A stretch of 52,195 bases of DNA, counting the filler, from Trypethelium eluteriae (taxonomy: Eukaryota): assembly GCA_051942245.1 (NCBI GenBank). It is 3 parts of 3 records of this genome, joined end to end, with 100 filler letters (N's around TTAATTAATTAA, not from the genome) between each part and the next. Parts side by side here need not be neighbours in the genome. Positions count along the whole stretch, not along the records: positions 34,912 to 52,195 come from JAVECL010000595.1; 2 more parts are not named here. One strand, 5' to 3'. The translations under genes were made by a program, and so were the position numbers. This document shows positions 35,894 to 48,202 of the stretch, in pieces; position 1 is the first letter of the stretch; each line of letters begins with the position of its first letter. The notes beneath the pieces were generated by a model. The model saw nothing but the letters and a program-made list of their open reading frames with translations, searched no databases and had not been told where the DNA came from.

Positions 35894-37939
35894 TCAGGCC
35901 TTTTCGATAACACCCGCATGTCCATCCGGGCTCACATCAGCATCCTTCTCAATTCCCTCCAAGTATCCATTTCCTCCACCCTTCCCGGACCTTCTCCTCT
36001 CCGCGGCTACGCTACTCTTCCTCCTCTCCGCCCTCATATGTAGATCCGTATCCTCATAGGATAAAAGCAGCTCGCCATTCTTGCCGTATCGCCTTGGCTC
36101 CTCCTTAGCGACCTTGACAGCGGTAAAAATAGAGTCCGTCTTCATGAAGATAGAATCCATCTCCTCAAGAGAGCGATAGGCCGTCTCCGGGTAGAAGAAG
36201 TAAACGACGGGAAAAATGAAGGCATTGATGACGCAGAAGATAATGTATGTTTTATAGCCGATATTGGCAAAGGCGATGGGCGTGATGACCACAATGAGCC
36301 AGTTGAAGATCCAGTTAGCAGAGGTGGACAGGGCATTAGAAGGGGCACGAATTCGCAGTGGAACGATCTCAGCCTGTCAACCGGGAAGGTTAGGATGTGC
36401 CTCATAGTAGCAATGGGGTATATCGGTTGTGAGCGGAGGGAGCGACTTACAGGATACAGCCACGTCATTCCTAACCATCCAATGGCGAAGAAGGTGTTAA
36501 AGACGAAGAGAAAAGTAGCAGCCAAGATACCGGTGCCATGTCCTTTGTGACTTGTAGCGCCCGCCAGAATAGCCATGGAAGCCGACATTCCTGCTGCCCC
36601 GATGAGCATGAGCGTCCTCCGTCCCGAACGCTCCACGAGTGCTACAGCGATCCAAGAGGCGAGGAAATACTCGGTTCCGTTACAGGCTGCGAGAATGCGT
36701 GATATGAAGGGGTCCAAGCCAATATACTCCTCGAAAACTGTTTCGGCATAGTAGGTAATGAGATTGATGCCCGATATTTGCTGGAACATTTGGTTTACGT
36801 AGGCGAGGACTACACGATGGAAGTTGCGGTTTTCGTCTGTGCAATCGTCAGTCTCAGCATCGCTAGAAAGATACAAAGTAGTTCGAGGACGGAAGTTCAT
36901 ACCCATCGTGAATAGATCCCTGAAACCAAATTTCGACGCCTCCAGCACCGTGTCCTTGATCGCAGTGAACTCATTGTGGACGTACGGATCATCAGGACCC
37001 AAATTGCTCAAGGCAGCCAGCACATCCATGGCTTCGTTCTCTCTACCCTTCAAGATCAGCCATCTTGGGGATTCTGGTAGTCGTGTAACGGTGGCTAAAA
37101 TGATGAGCGCAAAGACAATCTGGAAAGCAATTGGAAATCGCCAGGATGCTGTCGACTTTTTTGCGAAAGACATGCCAAAATCGATCCAGTAACTTATGCA
37201 TATACCTCCCGTAATCATAGCGCCTTCTACCATGACAAGTTGGCCTCGATGATGGGCTTTGGATGTTTCCGATTGCCACATAGGAACGGTGGAGGTATTC
37301 ATTCCTGAGGTTTTGATAAGCTGATGCAATGAGGTCCTGATGCACCTACGAGGCGACCTTACCGTTGCCAAAACCTGTTACTACGCGCCCAACAATGAAT
37401 TGCGGAAGGCCATAAGAAGAGCATTGTAGAATAGCACCGATTACCATGATAAATGAGCCCAAGAAGATCATTCTTCTTCGCCCAAGCCTATCTCCAAGGT
37501 ATATTGTGGTCAATGCACCAAAGAAACAGCCAAGTGTATATGCGCCAACGACGAGACCTTGTAGATGGATTAGCCTATAGAACAGCACGATCTCAGCTTA
37601 CTGGAGCAGGACATCTTACCTTGAATGACGGCAATGTGTGTCTTTCTATCCGCAGGAGCGTCTTGGGTATCAATCTGTGGGAAATACCTAGTGAACGTAG
37701 GTAGAGTCAAGAGCGCTCTTCAATCTCGTCAGTCTAAAGTCCGTAGTGGTAAGAAAGGGAGGCAATGCATACCCCATGACACCTTGATCATAGCCGAAAA
37801 GCCTAAGCTTTCATTAGCCTTGCGTCTTCGTGATGGTCGACTCAAAGACCACTGACAGGAAGTCAAGACCCGCAATTGTACCGACAGCGACGTTCAGGCT
37901 TGTGCCCGTGAGGCCATAGTATTTCTTTGCAAGAGACAT
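35894..37939 (-). CDS. MFS sugar porter, Stl1-like (glycerol/polyol/sugar:H+ symporter)
   Basis: LFGYDQGVM, GDRLGRRR, GRVVTGFGNG, VPMWQSE, WRFPIAFQ, PESPRWL, QQISGINLITYY and YPET..SLEEMD; multiple introns. Confidence 0.93.
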
Positions 37940-40267
37940 CTTCTATAGCCTTGAGGCCCAAAACGCCAAAAGGATACTGTTGAGTTTAGTGGTTCTGTAC
38001 TGTAGATCCAATTGATGCTCTCTAAGTCGAAGAGACAATGAGTAGAGAGTAGATGGTAGGGGAAAAAAAGAAGTACAACCCACAGTTGGATAACAACTGG
38101 GGTCTGTTTGGTTTTATTACCACTCTATCGTGCATCGGTCCCATCGCCACTGTCACGCAGCTCCTCCGGACTCGCAGAGCCATTTTTTGATTAGTGCCTA
38201 TGTCATGCGTTTCCAGGGAAAGGCTTGGCGATTTGGTCGAAGACAAGATGCCAACGTCCACCATCCTTACCTCCGCGTCCACAGAGATTGGCAGCTCCCC
38301 ATCAGAGATGACATCAACGCGCGCGGCTCACATTTATGCGGCCATCCATGTTGCGGTTTTGACCGATACGCACGTACATAGGGCTGTCCTACGGCTTGCA
38401 CGCGATCGAGACATATTTTGGCAGCGGCCGGCATGCGAGTGGGAGGTAATCTGCCTCGAGCAAAAAAAAAAACGAGCAGGGGCACGGATGCCAAAGCTCC
38501 TGGAGGGCTTGGGACGGATTTCCACATTGGGTAGTCCGATCATGAGCATCGAGAAACCACTTGCAACGCCAGACTCAACGGCTTCTCATTCCCCCGGAAT
38601 TCTCCAAAATGAGGCTTGATGACTATTCTCCAATTGTCAGACCGACTCTCTTGATGAAAATCCCGATCAGCCAATTGCTGATTCTTCAAAGAGTCTTCCT
38701 AGTTCAGTTGAATAGTGGATCCATATCAGCTTAAGGGCAATGCCTTTCCACTCTTCCCTGCCCGTCCAATGTGACCTAGAATTATCTCATCTTTTCTGGC
38801 AGCAGTTGTAGGAAAGCGTTGCCATGCGCCTTCTGCCCTGAAATTATTTGGAGCCGAATTTGCTGTTTCTGTCTCTGGTGACTCAGGTCAACGCGAAGCA
38901 AAGCCTGTGGAAGCAATGGTTTTTCCAGAATAGCATAACGATTCTACAGACCGCAACTCTTGCCGCATGCAAGATTGGTGACCGGTCATCGCAGCTCGAG
39001 CTTGTTTCCCCAGGAATCAGATCCCATGGCTGGCCAGATACCAATCAGGCCTTTCGAATCTGCATCTCTTTCCCCGGAAACCGATATTTAGCTCCTTCCG
39101 CGTGTTGTGTAGTGTGGTTAACCCTCCCTTTTCGCAAACAACGCACGTACATGAGGGATATGCAGCTGTCCTGCACCGGAGCTGATCAGTGAAAAAATCT
39201 CAAAATGCGCCTATTTAACCATTGCTCACATCCATTGATCCCCTCGTCCGTTCTCTAGCCAGTTCGTAGAGGGCTGGATGTAACCCTCCTGGCTTATTTC
39301 CTCCTGTCTCGCGACGAAGACACTAACCTCTACACCAACTCCATCTCCTCCAAACCCGTACCATTATTGTTTGTCCATGCCGATCGCCATGTACCGATCT
39401 CTACCCTAGTAGCTGAGGCTGAAAGTGTGACGCCATCTGTAGACAAGGAACCATAAGGTGACAAGACGGCACGTATATTGTACAATCGGGTGTGGTTTCC
39501 TTCTCCCCGGAAGACGGGAAGCTTCTCTTGCGATTTCCTAAGCAGGTCAAACCGGCCGTAGTTCGCAAGAAGAGGTAAAGGCTGCCGATTTACTGCAGCT
39601 CGGCCGAGCTTACACGTTCTGGTATCGGAGCGGCCGAGAGGAATATCGGTGGCTGGACCGGGGGCGGTTACGTTCGGGTAGGGCAGGACTGGGATGAAGT
39701 CAAAAGTGTAGGGATCGATATGGTCAGAATTTAGGGACGGAGAACATCAGGTGTTGTACATAGTAAGTTTATGCACGTGGTAGGAGGGAGGCACGTCAGC
39801 ACCTTAGAGTCGTTCTGGAGGTCAGCTCTCGCTTGCCGGCAGAGCATCTGGTAGTGGAACCTGGGCGCGTATCATCTCCGTACGCCGATATATTCCATGA
39901 GCTGTTACGAACATGACTACGTGAATCTTTCGGAGATGAAGATGAAAGAAGAACATTAGGAGCTTGGGACGATCATGTATAGGCAGCATTCTATTATGTC
40001 ACGCTCATGCACCTGCCTATAGAGAAGTACATCCGCCGAGAGTCCATTATCCCCATCCTCCGTCATTAGGTCGCCGAGTGTAGTTTTTGTGCACCTTTTT
40101 TCTGTCCTTTTAGTATTTCAGAAGATCCATTCGCAGCCACCTTCCTCATGTTCGCCACAGATCTCCATTATCCTTATCCCATCAATCCTTGTCAATAGCA
40201 ACTGAGCGGCTCATCTTATCATTCCTTCGTGCAGATCCGTGTCTACGTAGTTGCAAATCTTTCGCCA

Positions 40268-42148
40268 TTACCAGGCACCACCACCACCACCCTCCCAGTC
40301 GTCAGATGCATCGGCAACCTCAGCTGCAGGAGCTTCAGAAGTATCCCCAGCTGGAGCAGAGTCCCAGCCTCCAGAAGCACCACCAGTGGCATTGAGAGTA
40401 CCTTCAGCGAACCCACTGTCAGTGGTACCAAATCCACCATCATCTTCCTTTAGTGGCAACGGGCAGCGCTTCGGGCCGTGCCCCTTCTCGCCACAGTTGC
40501 GGCACGTGTGTTTGCTCCAGTCCTTTGGTTCGGGACAGTCGCGCGACATATGCCCAGGCTTGTCGCAGTTGCGGCACATGATGACGCGCTCGTTGGGGCA
40601 ATCCATTGCCTTGTGACCTTCCTCGCCACAGTTGCGGCAAGTCATAGGAGGAGGAGCCTCCGGACAGTCCTTAGCAAAGTGACCGACTAGATTAAGCACG
40701 TTAGTACAGTTCATGCAAGATCATGCTTGGTTCCGGAGCAACTTACTCTTTCCACAGCGACGACATTCAGTTTGAGGAGGTTCCGGGCAGTCAACAGCTT
40801 TGTGACCTTCCTGCTTACAATTCTTGCAGGCGAAGGGATTCACGCGTTCTTGAGTGCAGTCGCCTGTATTGTGTCAGCTAAGAGTCAGAACGAGATCAAG
40901 ACATCTTTGAGTCTTACGAGCACGATGACCGATTTCTCCACAATGGAAGCATTTGACCTGAGGCTGCTCAGGAGCGAGGTATTCTTGCTTGCATGACTTG
41001 CCGATGTGACCGAGTTCTCCACAACGCCTGCACTTTGGAATCATCTTGTCCATGAGGAATCCAGCATCTTCAAGACGTGCATCGTTCTCTTCAGCGGACG
41101 AGGGCCATTCAGCACGCAGCTTTGGGCGCTTCGGTTCCTTGCTGTAGAAGAAGCCAGCAACATATTTGCAATCAATCTTGCCTTGCAAGTTAACAGAGGT
41201 CATGACGTCGGGAATCTGCTTCTCCATAGCGATGATGTAAGTGTTGAAGTCGTTGTCACGGAAGCTGTGCTCTAGTTGCAGCAAGCTAGCGGAGGGAACA
41301 GCTCTAGTATAGATCTTGATAGCCTGTAGGGAGTATAAGCACCTTTTCATTACCAAGTATAGAGCAAAGACAATACTTACCTCTTTAAAGTCATCCATAT
41401 CTTTATCTTTGTCGGCCTTCACAAGCATATCCCATGCCGTTGTCGGGTCTTTCTCCTCAACGTTACCATAGTCAAGAGCGCGAGCATTGGTGCATTCGGA
41501 GGTGACGTGCCCTTCCTCCTTACAATTTTTGCAGACGACGGCTGGCTTCTGTGGACACTCTGCCGCACGGTGCCCCTCTTGCTCACAGATCCTGCAGGTG
41601 CCTGTGAATGGTCGGTCGACCTTGGGATTCGGACAGTCAGCCTTGTTGTGGCCAATCTCTCCACAATTGAAGCACTCTCCCGTCATTTTCTTGGGCTCTG
41701 GACACTCGCGAGAAAAGTGGCCGGGCTCTCCGCAGCTGAAGCCTTTTTAGTTGCAGAACAAAATACGATTCTCCAAGGACACTTACTTCCTGCATTTATC
41801 ATCGCCATCTGCGTGCTTTGATCGATTGGCATTGGCCCATTCAGCGTCAGCATCGCCAGCTGCGGTATTATCGCCACCAGAGGTCCATTCGCCAGCGCCA
41901 TTGGTATCGCCGTCATCATGAGTCCAGGCACCCTGATCCTCGCTGTTCCAAGCCGCTGTGGAAAGACAAATGTCAGCAAAGGTTCGATGCTGGTCTCCAT
42001 TTGTGTAGCGCTTCAAGAATGCAGTGAATCATAGTAGTCTGAAGACGATGTCATGGTAGGGTGCAAAATGGTGCTGAGCCTGTGTAACATTGCATGGATA
42101 AGGGATGCGGTCAGTCTACTTACGTTCTTCCTCAGTACCCCAACCCAT
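40268..42148 (-). CDS. Multi-CCHC zinc-knuckle nucleic-acid-binding protein (CnjB-like)
   Basis: Eleven C-x2-C-x4-H-x4-C knuckles after splicing (4 N-terminal, a spacer domain, then 7), with acidic Gly/Trp-rich termini. Start inferred at MGWGTEEE (42148). Confidence 0.9.
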
Positions 42149-42955
42149 CTTGCTTGTTGAAAGATTGAAAAGCTTTCTCGATACTTTGTCGAGTCTCTGC
42201 TGAGTAGTTAGTCGCATGACCATTGGTGGTATGTCCAGAGCGAACATGTAAACCAGCAAGCATCGGCAGGACTGAATGACAATCTCAATCAAGTGACTGG
42301 ATAAGAGTTCGCAAGCAGACGCGAGCCACAGGTAAATTTATCGTGACTGAGCTTCATGCGGCGAAGTGGATCCTTCCGCCAGACGCGTGATTTCGACGCG
42401 ATCTGAGCTTTGATGAGGGGATCGAAACGCAGAGCAGGGAGAACTTACTACGTGGTAAGACACGAAATGGAGCCTTGCACGATGAGCCTGCAGTCTAATA
42501 ACTGAGGCCTCGTACGAAGTACTCGGGAAGTGGAAAAAGTGGTTGCAGGAGGTAGAAAGAACGAGGAAGGTACGAGAAAGTGGATTGTTTATGGACTCAC
42601 TTCCATCACTACCTGCACGACGCGAGCGAAGCGAATGCCGCGGCAGGCAGCAGCCAATAGACTGACGTCACTTGTGATATTGGAAGATCAGGAGCACCTG
42701 GAGGAAAGAGAAGTAAAGCGGGGCTCAGATAAGATCAATATACAGAAAATTAGTGAGTTCCTAGAACGAGCTAAAAGAACATCCATTCCGTTTTCTTCAT
42801 CTTCGCCCTCCAACATCGAGAGGGTATATGATCGTGCTACATCAAACATCTCCGAAATGAACTCCAGCATACAAACCCAAGGAGGCGATTCGCGAGCCAG
42901 CGCTGCCCCCCGCCAAGTATCGACTGGCTTCATACGCCAAATGTATACATCGAAA

Positions 42956-45900
42956 TCATACACCTCGGAATATCCTCACGACCAAGAACCACATAGCCCC
43001 AATGAATCTGAAGGCACTCAGGCCCGCCACGGACCACAGCACCACCTCCATATAGATCTGGGCTCGCTCATTGACCACGTCTTGATCAGAGGCCGAAGTG
43101 CTCGACGATGTAGGTGCCGAGGACGTTGCTTGTCTCCGCGCAAGGTCGTTTCTGGTCGGCGTAGGCTGGAGATACTCTTCGATACCTAACTCCTGCGCAG
43201 ACGGCCAGTCCGGAGCGGGGGTTACTGTTGGCTGCGCTACACCCTCTCTGGGAAGGTTGGTCCAGTCGACATGCACTGGCGCCTGCGTCGCTCTTGCCAT
43301 GAGCATCTTGGCAGCGGCGGATGAAGATGAGGTGGAGCTCGGATGACTTCCGATATTGAGACTCTCCACACCACCGACGTTGAGGATGATAGCGGCGAGG
43401 GCCAGATTGCAGAACATCCATGCGAGCACAACGGCGCTTCGGAACCCCTTGTAGTAGTCTTCTTGCTTCTCGCTTGCCGACGCTTCTTTCTTCGGCGGCT
43501 TGTAAGGTGTCGCGAAGACCCTGAGCTCTTCCTCGTACTGTGTGTTCAAATCGCTGTCGTCCGTGGGAATGTTGACGTCGACTTTACCAGAAGGTTTCGT
43601 CGTCGCGCTTGGCAGCTTCTCCGGCTTGTCGTCTCCCTTGGTACCCCAGGTGATATCATGCGTGTTACAAAATGCGTACACGTTCAAGATGTTAATGTAG
43701 GTCGGAGTCATGAGCAAGTACTGGATGAAACAGGTGAGCATGTGCCAGGGGTCTAAGAAGAGAATCGAGACAACAATCCAAAGGATGTAGGTAGACAGCA
43801 TGGAGACGATGAGAGTAAAGAAGATCTTGTTGGTGAAGACGGTGTGAATGGTGAGAGGCCCCTTCTTGAGTTGTTCTTGGATGGAGCGAACAGTAATGAA
43901 CACCGAAGCAAAGATGAGGTAACTAGTCATTCCCGTCAGTAATCTTCGGAATGGAGAATTAAGAAGTACATACGCCATGATGACGGCCCAGAAGTAGACC
44001 TGAGTCATGTAGAATCTATTAGACCCTTGTGGTCTGTTACCAAGGGCGAGGACGAAGCATGTCATGAGAGTAGCAAGATAGAGCCATTCGAATACGACCG
44101 CGAGGATCGTTCCAACAGTGCCAAGGAGGTCGCTCTGGCCAAGAGAGGACGTCAAGATCCGGAAGACTAGGAAGAAGTTGCCCTGAATCAGTTAGCTTTG
44201 GCACAGCGAGTAGAGCCAAATGTCTAAACCCAAGAACTCACCAAAGCAAACCAAGCAAACAGCATATTGATCGTTTGGTAAGCGAATTCAATGAAGAGCA
44301 TCAATTTTCTGAGGGCAGAGTGATTGCTCCTGAAAAGCTGTCCAGAATGAGCAAGCGCGTACACAGCAGCAAAGAAAGAACCGTTGAGCCATCGCCGTCT
44401 CTGTAGAATGAAGTCTGCCATCTCCTCCGGTACATCGGTCTCGCCGCTAGCCGACTTAACATACTGCAGGATCCATTCGGAGTTTCGTTTCGAGACCAGC
44501 TCCCAGCAAAGGATACGGTCTTCAGCAAGATACATGTTGGCTGTGAAAGTACCGGCATTGGTGCCGTGGAGCTTCTCTCCCAAGAAATACTTCTGAAGCG
44601 GCCCTTGGCCAGTTTTGTCATTTTGAAGGGCAACATAACGGTACGCAGAGAAGGCTCCAGGAAGCACGGAAATGAATCCGAACGCAGATTCGAGGGGCTT
44701 ATCCAGAATGTTACTCATCTTGTACTCGAAATTCTGGGTCGCGACAAGCGGATTGAAGAGTTTCTTCCCGTGGACTAACATGGCCTTGATCTCACCGCAG
44801 GCGCCTGCACACATAGGTTCAACGTCGAATGCCTTCCAAAGCTTGTAAATGGAATCGCGTCCGGGCTTGGTCCCAGCATCGATGAGGACGCAAATATTTG
44901 GATCCAGAACAGGACCAAAAGCCTGGAAAAACCATCTGTGGGAGTTGATCTTTTTCTGATTCTTTTCCTTGAGGCAGAAGAGCATCTGCACTGGAGTATT
45001 TCCTTTCTTGACTTGCACAACGCCTTTCTTAATATCGAGCCCCATCTGAGTGGTGTACTATTCTTATGTTAAAACTGCTGAAGGAGTATCTGCACAGAAT
45101 TTCCATACCTCGTAGATATGTGCAGTCACATCCTTGTCATTGACTTGCTGCTTTGCGATGCCTTCTTGAAAGACACCCAGACCCGCGAGTACTGCTTTTG
45201 TACGCGGATTAATCTTAGCACGACCATCACTGACAACGCAAACAACAATCTTCTTCCAGGCTTCTTTGCCCCAAGTTTTGCTGCTAGAGCGACTGTTCAT
45301 GAATTCGATATTCTTGATTACACCAATCATCGTCCGAGCGAAGAGTTCGTCTTCTTCATTGTACATGGTAATGACGATGAAGAGTTCTGTCTGCCTGGGC
45401 TTCGAGAATAACCTCTGCCGGAGTGTGAATCGGTCATCGTAGAAAAACTCAGGATCGCAAGTCGCCGCGGAGTATCTCATGTGAGTGAACTCATCGCGCG
45501 CGGGAGCTGGTGCTGGACGGTCAAGCTGATTCATGAGCCTTGGTGGAACGGGGCAGTCAAGTATCAAATTGCCATTGTAAAGCTGCACTTCCTTGACTGT
45601 CTTCCACCTTCTAATCGGTTGAGAGTTCTTCTGCTGGGAGAGGTCTGAATATGATTGCTTGTATGGATCTTCGTGGACGGGGCTTTGAGGCTCTTGAGGA
45701 TTCGGACCGTACGTGTTATCCGCGGGTAACATTGGCCGCGTATCCTGCTCTTGATCATTCCAATATTGTGACTGATCATGGCTGTGGTACTGATTGAGGG
45801 GATCTCCGTCTTGTGCGGTTGGATTGTACGGTTGGCTGTAATAAGCGTCGTGATGCGCCTCGGGTGAGAAGGCAAGATCAGTGCCTCCTTGATTATAACG

Positions 45901-46472
45901 AGGCGGTGGATAGTGATGGGCCTCATAGTCTTCATTGTGGCCGTACGTTCCAGGTATGTTCTCAACCGAATACTAGTAAATTCCCACCGTCAGTAACGCC
46001 TCTTTGCTCAGCTCACGCAAACAGGGTGTCATACAGTAGGTTGCGCTGGTAGGTTGTCATGATGGGATCCAGGACCCATAGGTATCTCTAGATGTGACTG
46101 AGACATCTCCGGATGGCCCTGAAGGGGGTGGCCTGCTGGCGGAGTACCAGCATTTCCATGCGGATTCATGTTTGCTGGATGGTACGGATCGTCTGGGTCG
46201 TAGGTATGGTCACCTTGGTAATCTGCAGTTGGTAGTAAACGATTAGCACATTATGTTCGCATCGAAAGAATGTGCGAAGTCCGATCAGTAGCGAAAGGCA
46301 AAGAAGGTGTTAGCTGTTCTTTGTGCATAGCCCCAAGGGGCAATGGAATGCAGGAACTCGGGGGAGCAATTCCCTGACGCAACTCTCGCTGGGCCATCCT
46401 AAAAGTAATAATGTCCTCATACACCCCTTGTTCGAATGAGATCAAGGACTTACCTAGGCGATTGTAGGCCAT
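42956..46472 (-). CDS. Chitin synthase, class I (division 1)
   Basis: MAYNRL start, [74 protein letters not shown] and HDITWGTKG. Confidence 0.96.
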
Positions 46473-48202
46473 GACGACAGCTTCTTCCCCAGACCCTCCG
46501 CAATCTCGATGTGCTTGGGTCAGTCAGTGAGGTGCGACGCTTTCCAAGTCTCAGAGGTCAAATCAGAGTGTCGGTCCAAAGCTTGGCTGTGCTTGAGGGC
46601 TCGTGACTGGTAAGTACCGAAAGGGTGCGTTAGGGGTGTCGTGTTTCAAATTGAGGTTGGAGGGGAGTGTTGATCCGGAGCAGGTGAATGTTTACTTGGG
46701 GTGAAGTGCCCGGCAACCCCTTCAAAAGCGAGAACAAAGGCAAATCGATGACTGCGTGGAGAAGCTCCGGAGGCAGCGCTCCAGGAAAGATTGTTTTATT
46801 CGAGCGTTTAGAAGCGTGATTCTACAGTATCTGCAGCTGGGAAGGGCGCTTTCATCGCCTCGAGGGCTCAGGCAAATGCTCACATGAGGCAAGCTAAGCA
46901 GGGGTTCCGACGCCAAGCCACCAATCATCATACGAGCCGTTTCCGTATCCCAGGTGACTTCTCCGTGTTCTAAGCCTCAAAGAGACGCGTGGTAAAGGCG
47001 TCTCTGAGGTCATCTCCCGCTCGACACTCCAACTTCCTTTTTGTCATAAGCCTTAAACTCGCATCAGATTCCAAACACGCTCGCCATGGGGTGATGGGGG
47101 TGATGGGGCCTCAACTCCCAAAGGCGGTGTCCTTGGAAGATTCCCTGCTCCTTCAGGCTCGATGATGCTGCGTCATCGCACTGCCCCACGGCTTCAGCGT
47201 GGCACCAAAAGTACAGCAGAAATCCCAGACTTGCAGATACACAGCAAACGAGACCACCTAATTGTACAGTGATCGGCAGAGCGCAGCGCGTGGCTACCAC
47301 ACTCTAAAAATAGTATCCGATCACTCTACTCCGTATAGTACGGACTATTCGCTCCGTTCGTTTGTGGTTGCAAATTTGTCGAGTTCTTTCATCACCTGTA
47401 CCTGCTGCCAATAGTAGTCAGATCTGGTGTCACTGACCTGCACTCCCTGGTGTACTTTCTGCGCTCCCATTGCAAGGAGGAACTAAAGCCTGTGTGATCA
47501 TTTTCTCTAAGTAGAAAGATAAGCTTCTTTCTAGAAAAGAGGAACACCGAAGAAAATCAACTTTGCTTCGGTCTTGGGAAAACAACTCTAGTATCATATT
47601 GAGATATAATACTGTTTCCCGAGATTTATCTTTGGTGCTTTCTTTCCCTTTTAACTTCGTGAGTAGCTTTGTATTCCTGGAGCTTTTTTCATTGCTCGCA
47701 AGAAAGCATACCAATCATACGTCAGGGGACTGCCCTTGCTTTCGTCCTGGGCGACTTTGGCGGATAGAGTATAGCTCCTCCTGAGGCTTAAGCCTCGCAC
47801 GTTATCTAATATTCCCACATTCCTACATGTTACTTATGCGCGCTCTCGCATTATCATGATCGTCTTCATATGTCTGACCGGTCGTTGCCTGAAGGGCGCT
47901 CCAATTATCTGATGGTTCCATCCCGTGACATAACCGAATCCGAACCCGAACTTCGTTTGCGGACGCTGAACCAATCATGGACGACAGAGAAAAGGCCCTT
48001 TCCAACAATGCTCTACCGTACACATGCTCAAAATGTACTTTGTCAGCCCTTTTTTTGCAACGGGACATTTAGCTTGAGTGTTTCTCAAACAGCTTGATGT
48101 GATCAAAATAACTATTTAGGGCGAGTGCCGCTCTTTCGCTGCCCGTCCCTCCAGATCTCTTTCAAGAACCTTTCCCATCGCACAGATTACATACTCGCCA
48201 AC

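Noticed and set aside
39110..39340. TAACCCT-like words suggesting a telomerase RNA template or telomeric repeats
   Set aside because: None extends to a 1.5-repeat template (TAACCCTAA) or a tandem TTAGGG array.
42530..43189. 219-aa + strand ORF overlapping the chitin synthase end, and other antisense ORFs such as 4704-5270, 17605-18132 and 8049-8528
   Set aside because: Shadow or alternative-frame ORFs of well-supported genes, with no independent coding signal.
43923..43973. Extra residues in the chitin synthase ORF ([17 protein letters not shown]) and similar stretches in the dehydrogenase, sugar porter and CCHC ORFs
   Set aside because: These are ordinary stop-free, 3n-length introns with GT, branch and AG signals read through by the ORF caller, not protein insertions.
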